Source: Octopus sinensis (Eukaryota). From it: a DNA stretch of 58,149 bases. The notes under the pieces are model-generated. The model did not search any database, was not told the DNA's origin, and saw only the letters and a list, made by a program, of their open reading frames with translations. Positions 52,060 through 58,149 of this stretch are shown here, piece after piece; the stretch's first letter is position 1; each line of letters opens with the position of its first letter. Where the stretch lies: the NCBI RefSeq assembly GCF_006345805.1, contig NW_021834931.1, forward strand, positions 1 to 58,149, read 5' to 3'. Position numbers and translations under genes: made by a program.

Positions 52060-52990
52060 CTTTCTTTCGAACTCTAATCCAATACAATGGGTCACTTATG
52101 TAGAAGAGGAGACAAAGGGGTGTCAAGTCTGGTCAATTTCTGGTATTTTGACGATGTCACCTTTGGTCGTTTGTTTGAATCTATACGTAACGATGTTGTT
52201 AATATTATCTCTGGTTTGGCCAAATTGGTCTATCCTTCAATGGTTTCATGTCTAAGTTCACTCTGCTTTTCCCCGACGATTCTCTATTTAATAAGATTTT
52301 CACATCTTTTTCTAAGAAGGTTGTCAATCTTAGATTGACAGATCCAGAAAGATCTGCTTGTCCTTAACTCGAAAAATCTCTGATAAGGAATGTCCATTGG
52401 TATTTCGGATAAGAAACGTGAGTTAGTTATTACCCTAGAACGAATCTCTAAACTTGGCGCACATTTGGCGCCGGTTAAGCGCTGTGCGTAGCACGAGACA
52501 CTCTATAGTTTAAACAACGTCGTCAAACTGGCTCTTAATGTCGCAGGCTTTCCTTAAGCCCACTGGTCTTGATTGTGGAGACAGCATGCTCCTGGACAGA
52601 ATGACGGTCTTTCCATTCAGCGAGAGAAAGTGTCTCGTATGAAATGTAATCTGTACGTGCACCTTTGCTCCAGGGACCGTTAATCAGTCTGCGTCGTGTC
52701 CTGGCTTCGCGTCTCACCGGACCAAAGAAACCGAACAGAGGAAGTATGCGTCTCTTTGTGACATATACAACTTCGTCCCAATTTCCGTTGAAATGAGTGG
52801 TTTGCTTGAGGCCGCTGGGAGGATTCTCTCCGTAATTTGGAAGCTCATCGGAAAGAAGACGAATGAATGCTGGGAAAACAACTGGGTGTACCAGAGAAAA
52901 TCTATAGAAATCTGGCGAGATAACTCGTTTGCTATCCGTGGTGCAGGGATTGGCGAATCCTAAATGTAACTTTCTTTTTTTTCATTTTCT
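52060..52990 (+). mobile_element. Degenerate CRE-like element (RT end to 3' end)
   Basis: NFWYFDDVT, DRMTVFPF, RKYASLCDIYNFVPISVEMSG, YQRKSIEIWRDN. Confidence 0.85.
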
Positions 52991-53062
52991 ATTAATTATT
53001 TGCATTAATAACGCCTAACTAAATATTAGAACTAATAAATATGTAATAATAGAGTCGGGTCA

Positions 53063-54772
53063 ATGAACATATCCCTCGTGGTTGGCCTAAGCGCACTTTT
53101 ATTTTTAAAGCTTCTCGTTGGTTCTGGTGGCTATTCTGGTAAGAAATGTTTAAATCATCTTCCAGGTTATGATTCACCACCAAAATATGGAGATTTCGAG
53201 GCTCAGCGACATTGGATGGAAATTACCACAAATCTCCCCGTTTCTGAATGGTCGTTCGATAAAAATTAAATTTTTTTAGGTATGTCAATTCTTCATATAA
53301 CGATTTAAACTATTGGGGAATCGACTATCCACCAATGTCTGCATATCATAGCTATATAATGGGACATATGTAAACTTTTGAAAATAAGTTTAGTGCCAAG
53401 CTGATGAATCCAAATTGGATGAGTCTTTTCTCTTCGAGGGGATTTGAATCAAAGAAATTAAAAATGTTTATGCGTTACACTGGTAAGTATTTATATCAAT
53501 GTATGTAGTCATTTTCGCGGATTTTGTAATTCTCGTTTCTGGTATTTTATATTTTTCGCGTAGAAATAAAGTATTTTAATACATTTAACGTTGATAGATA
53601 TTTTTATTATTCCCATTACTCTATCCTGGTTTATTGCTGATTGATCATGGTCATTTCCAATACAATTGTGTTGGTATTGGCCTGCTTGTGTGGGCTGTAG
53701 CAGTCATAGAGAATGGAAATCTGTGTTTAGGTAGTATATTTTATGTCTGTGCCCTGTTCTACAAGCAAACGATGCTTTATTTTGCTTTCCCTGTATTTTT
53801 AAGAATTTTACAACGTTCTATTGAACATGGATTTTTAATTGGGTATTTAAACTTAAATTAAAAAGTTTTTGGCGATTGGTCAAAGTGGGATTAACCAGTC
53901 TATTTTGTGCTGGAGTAATCTTACTACCATTTCTGGCTTCAGATCCTTCTTTGGAGTCTCTAATGGCTATTTATAGAAGGGTATTCCCATTTTGGAGAGG
54001 ATTATATGAGGCATATTAAATTATTAACTAAATCAAGGACAAAGTGGCCAACTTTGGTGCTCTCTTTCCATTTTAATAAAACCTGAAATAGTTTTTAAAG
54101 AAAATTTATTGTTTGTGTGGTATTCATTATTTTTTATCAAACTCAGTGCTGTCCTTACTGCTTTTTTTGGCGTTCTGCCTTGTATTGTTAATATGTACAA
54201 AACTCGGAAGTTTTTGGATGTTATGGTTGATTATGATCAATTTTTAACTATTAGACAGCATCTTCTCTCGCTTTTTATCTTTTTTCATTTCACGTCCACG
54301 AGAAAGCTATAATTTTCCCGTCAATGTATTATATTTTAAATATTTCCGCCTAATTAGGTTTGCCAGTCTATCAACTACTTCATATTGGCTTGTTCTTTGG
54401 TTTTTGGAAATATCTACAATAAGGTTGATTATAAATAATTAAAAATAGTTTATTTCCTCTTCTTAGAAGAGATGGGCAAACGTTGCAATTTATTGTGGTT
54501 ATTTTGATATTTCATTTATTGTGCACTTTGAGAAGCAAAATGCAGGAAAAAGGTGAAAGTCCTAAAGGAATTCTTCCTTTGAGCCATTCAAGGATGTATA
54601 AATTGGCGGTTTTTAATTAAATTTGTTATTTTAGATGCCCCTTGCAATTGTTTTGCTTCTGTGTGAAATGTTCCAGCTCCCTGTTCCAACGAAATATCCC
54701 TATTTGTGGAGTAGGCTTCTTTATTGTTATTGTTCAATTAATTTTATGATAATTTATGTCGCTCTTATTTAA
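53063..54772 (+). CDS. ALG6: Dolichyl-P-Glc:Man9GlcNAc2-PP-Dol alpha-1,3-glucosyltransferase
   Basis: PPKYGDFEAQRHWMEIT, YWGIDYPP, LLIDHGHFQYNC, YKQ, FPFWRGLYE|DKVANF, HVHEK, KYPYL; 3' end approximate. Confidence 0.93.
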
Positions 54773-55516
54773 ATTGAAAATTTTTTGATTGTCTTATGAA
54801 AGATTTAGCATAATTCTACTGGTTTCAGAGGCTAGTGATACGAACTCCACAATTGACAAAAGATAAAAGTACTTAGTCCTTGAGAATATCAGAGGGCATT
54901 CAAATTAGCATTTTTGTAAAGTTTAATAATAATAAATTAATTAGGTATCACATTTTATTAAAAGCAAGATTGCGATCCCACATGCGATAAAATATGAAAA
55001 TAAGAATTTTCAGCATTAAAAGAATAAGAAAATAGTTATTTCACAAATTTATTTAATTTTCGGCATAAAGAGACCAAACTATATTTATCTTGTCTAAAAG
55101 CAAGTCTACGAAAATTAGTATTGTTTTAATCATGTAATAAATCATGTCATTCAAGTGGTTAATTTAATCTAACAACAATTCAAAACATTTTTGAAAGATA
55201 TAGAGACACAATTTATTATTTTTTGTTTAAAACTTTAAAGAAATTGGCATATCAGAGTACACAATTTAAGAAAGTTGCATATCGCTACCTGATATTTACT
55301 TGCTGGATGCGTAGTAGGTTCTTTTCGGCAGGTTCAGATTTTGTTCGATTCTTCTGGAAAGGAGAGGGGCAAATTTGGCGTATAAAAGAAGGATAGTTGG
55401 AAGCAATGGCATTGCGCCTCCTTCGGAGTCACCAACATCACGGAGGATAGGATCTGACAAAAAGTAGTTGTGAGGTTTTTGGTAGTTTTTTATTTTATTT
55501 TTTTATGAAAATTAAT

Positions 55517-56268
55517 TGTCACCGGCCGTAGGATGGACGGCGCCGTTCGTTGGACACTTTCAAAATCTCATTTATTTCAATTTTGCTCAGAACAGAAATT
55601 GAATCCATTCACATTAGTAGACTCAAACAATTAGTTTAAATTTTTGGTTAATAAAATTTTAAAAATTGTATAAAAAGTTTTTCAACTTAAAAAAGAAGCA
55701 AAAACACACCGCGGCCGAAGGCCGCATAGGGGAATAGTTGGATTCAAAAAAAATCCGGCCGTAGGCCAATTGGTTTAGGTTGGACTTTAAAAACTACACA
55801 CGCGGCCGAAGGCCGCATAGGGGAATAGTTGGATTCCAAAAAAAATCCGGCCGTAGGCCAATTGGTTTAGGTTGGACTTACTACCTGAAAGCCTAAGGCT
55901 GGATAAGAAGTAATACGTGTGCAGCAATTAAGGTTTGGTTAGGGTTCCCTTTAGAAATCTGTACTGGTCATCTCTAAATTACTGTTAGGATACCAACGTC
56001 TATTTTATTTAATAAATTTTACAAATAAATTCGATTTTATAACTATTAAAAAGTATTATTTTAAAATGGTAAACCTCGAAATATAATAAACATTATGATT
56101 TTTAATCAATAATCGTAGAAAAAACGGTGTCGTTGGTTTTGTTAGCTCTCTTATTTTCTCAAAAGTCACCAAATTCATCGAAAATAGGCTTAAAATGGGA
56201 CTTGGAAAAAATTAAGGTATGTTTTATATGAGCAAAATTGAAATAAATGAGATTTTGAAAGTGTGACA
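55517..56268. mobile_element. Ginger-derived MITE built from two right ends
   Basis: Left 73 bp is the inverse of the right end at 57765-57837; right TIR is internally deleted (GTGT-GACA); non-coding interior identical to the right arm of the next element. Confidence 0.85.
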
Positions 56269-56270
56269 AT

Positions 56271-57837
56271 TGTCACCGGCCGTAGGATGGACGGCGCCGT
56301 TGAGTGGACACTAAGCAATATTTTTAATTAAAAATATTTTTACAATAATAATCTCCATTAAAAAATCAAAATTATTTAAATAATTTATTCAATATTCCTA
56401 ATTTTTGTTTAAATTAAGAATCGCGTGAGAATGGTTTTGTTGTATCTATTGCAATCCTTTGTTGAAAAATTAATTAATTATATTGAAACTGGCTTGATAG
56501 AAGATGAAACACCGAGGAAAGAACGTTTTAAAATACGTTCTTTCTCAAAAAATTTTATTTATGAGCAATCTGTGCTTTTCATTCTGAAAAATGGTAAAAA
56601 ACTAAGATTCTTCACTATCGAACAAAATGAATTTAAGATGAAAACGATTGAGGTAAATATAAAATCAATTTTGTAGGCTGAACACAATTTAAACCATTTT
56701 GGTCGTGATAGGCTTTATTCCAAACTCTGTGAAGAAATTTATCCGATTACGAGAAAAGAGGTCCTACTGTTGTTAGCCGGTGTGAAGTTTGCCAGGTTTA
56801 ATATTTATGAGCAATATAGGCGATGCGTTTGATGGCCACTAAACCAACTATTACTCCTATTATAGCTTATGAACCACGAGATCGTTATCTCATAGATCTA
56901 TGTAATGTAGTAGAAAATTTAGAAAAAGCAGGAGCGAAAATGTCTAACAAAGGAAATGGAAATTCGACGAAGAGGATATAAATGTCGGAGATTCTGTTAT
57001 TATCCGACATGATAGAGACGCAAATGTGAATAATAGGAAATATCCTCTTCACGATGAAATATCTTCAGAGAAATTTTATATCGTCGACAAAAAAATAATT
57101 TATGTGTGTTAAAAGATGAAAATGGAACAGAAATTGAATCCATTCACATTAGTAGACTCAAACAATTAGTTTAAATTTTTGGTTAATAAAATTTTAAAAA
57201 TTGTATAAAAAGTTTTTCAACTTAAAAAAAGAAGCAAACACACCGCGGCCGAAGGCCGCATAGGGGAATAGTTGGATTCCAAAAAAAATCCGGCCGTAGG
57301 CCAATTGGTTTAGGTTGGACTTTAAAAACTACACACCGCGGCCGAAGGCCGCATAGGGGAATAGTTGGATTCCAAAAAAATCCGGCCGTAGGCCAATTGG
57401 TTTAGGTTGGACTTACTACCTGAAAGCCTAAGGCTGGATAAGAAGTAATACGTGTGCAGCAATTAAGGTTTGGTTAGGGTTCCCTTTAGAAATCTGTACT
57501 GGTCATCTCTAAAATTACTGTTAGGATACCAACGTCTATTTTATTTAATAAATTTTACAAATAAATTCGATTTTATAACTATTAAAAAGTATTATTTTAA
57601 AATGGTAAACCTCGAAATATAATAAACATTATGATTTTTAATCAATAATCGTAGAAAAAACGGTGTCGTTGGTTTTGTTAGCTCTCTTATTTTCTCAAAA
57701 GTCACCAAATTCATCGAAAATAGGCTTAAAATGGGACTTGGAAAAAATTAAGGTATGTTTTATATGAGCAAAATTGAAATAAATGAGATTTTGAAAGTGT
57801 CCAACGAACGGCGCCGTCCAGTCTACGGCCGGTGACA
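56271..57837 (+). mobile_element. Internally deleted Ginger2-like transposon
   Basis: TGTCACCGGCCGTAG..CTACGGCCGGTGACA termini; KMKTIE|AEHNLNHFGRDRL, TPIIAYEPRDRYLIDL, and INVGDSVII..IHISRLKQLV. Confidence 0.88.
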
Positions 57838-58149
57838 TGTTATTATCCGACATGATAGAGACGCAAATGTGAATAATAGGAAATATCCTCTTCACGATGA
57901 AATATCTTCAGAGAAATTTTATATCGTCGACAAAAAAATAATTTATGTGTGTTAAAAGATGAAAATGGAACAGAAATTGAATCCATTCACATTAGTAGAC
58001 TCAAACAATTAGTTTAAATTTTTGGTTAATAAAATTTTAAAAATTGTATAAAAAGTTTTTCAACTTAAAAAAAGAAGCAAACACACCGCGGCCGAAGGCC
58101 GCATAGGGGAATAGTTGGATTCCAAAAAAAATCCGGCCGTAGGCCAATT
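57838..58149 (+). repeat. Tandem copy of 56995 onward (period 843 bp), running off the window
   Basis: Sequence after the ACA terminus restarts at the internal TGTTATTATCC of 56995; the hairpin at 57245 recurs at 58088. Confidence 0.93.

Noticed and set aside
55935-55950. Telomeric TTAGGG seed
   Set aside because: A single hexamer inside a transposon arm, not an array.
56995-57837. 843-bp unit as an LTR (TG..CA) and two-LTR junction
   Set aside because: The unit starts inside integrase codons, has no polypurine tract or PBS, and ends in a TIR matching the left end at 56271.
55517-58149. Mitochondrial minicircle or control-region insertion suggested by the palindromes
   Set aside because: No mitochondrial gene; TIRs and intron-containing integrase fragments explain the region.

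Overview
AT-rich nuclear DNA from an animal with extremely short spliceosomal introns (mostly 22-33 nt, GT-AG, often with a YTAAY branch-like motif a few nt before the AG). The intron size, the animal-type genes and a centriole/cilium gene (CCDC77) point by inference to a dicyemid or orthonectid-like mesozoan parasite rather than a myxozoan. Host genes reconstructed by hand: RRM1, an AGC kinase, PRPF6, MRPS33, ACSS2, CCDC77, a CIB-family EF-hand protein, ALG6, a C-type lectin, a U2 snRNA and a 5S rRNA. By eye about half of the window is mobile DNA: Merlin and Ginger2-like DNA transposons, hAT elements, APE-type LINEs (RTE-like and I/Jockey-like), an R4/NeSL-like fragment and about a dozen 3' fragments of CRE-like retroelements. 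Best leads: (1) two divergent Merlin families whose transposase genes are split by 5-6 micro-introns at shared positions and phases, including a candidate 15-nt intron, with a small active-looking family of derivatives; (2) a swarm of CRE 3' ends beside host genes, U2 and 5S, with a recurrent junction hotspot; (3) a Ginger array with an ACA|TGT cryptic-end tandem junction and GNA-triloop palindromes. All calls are from manual reading; no database searches were run, and boundaries without a TSD are approximate.
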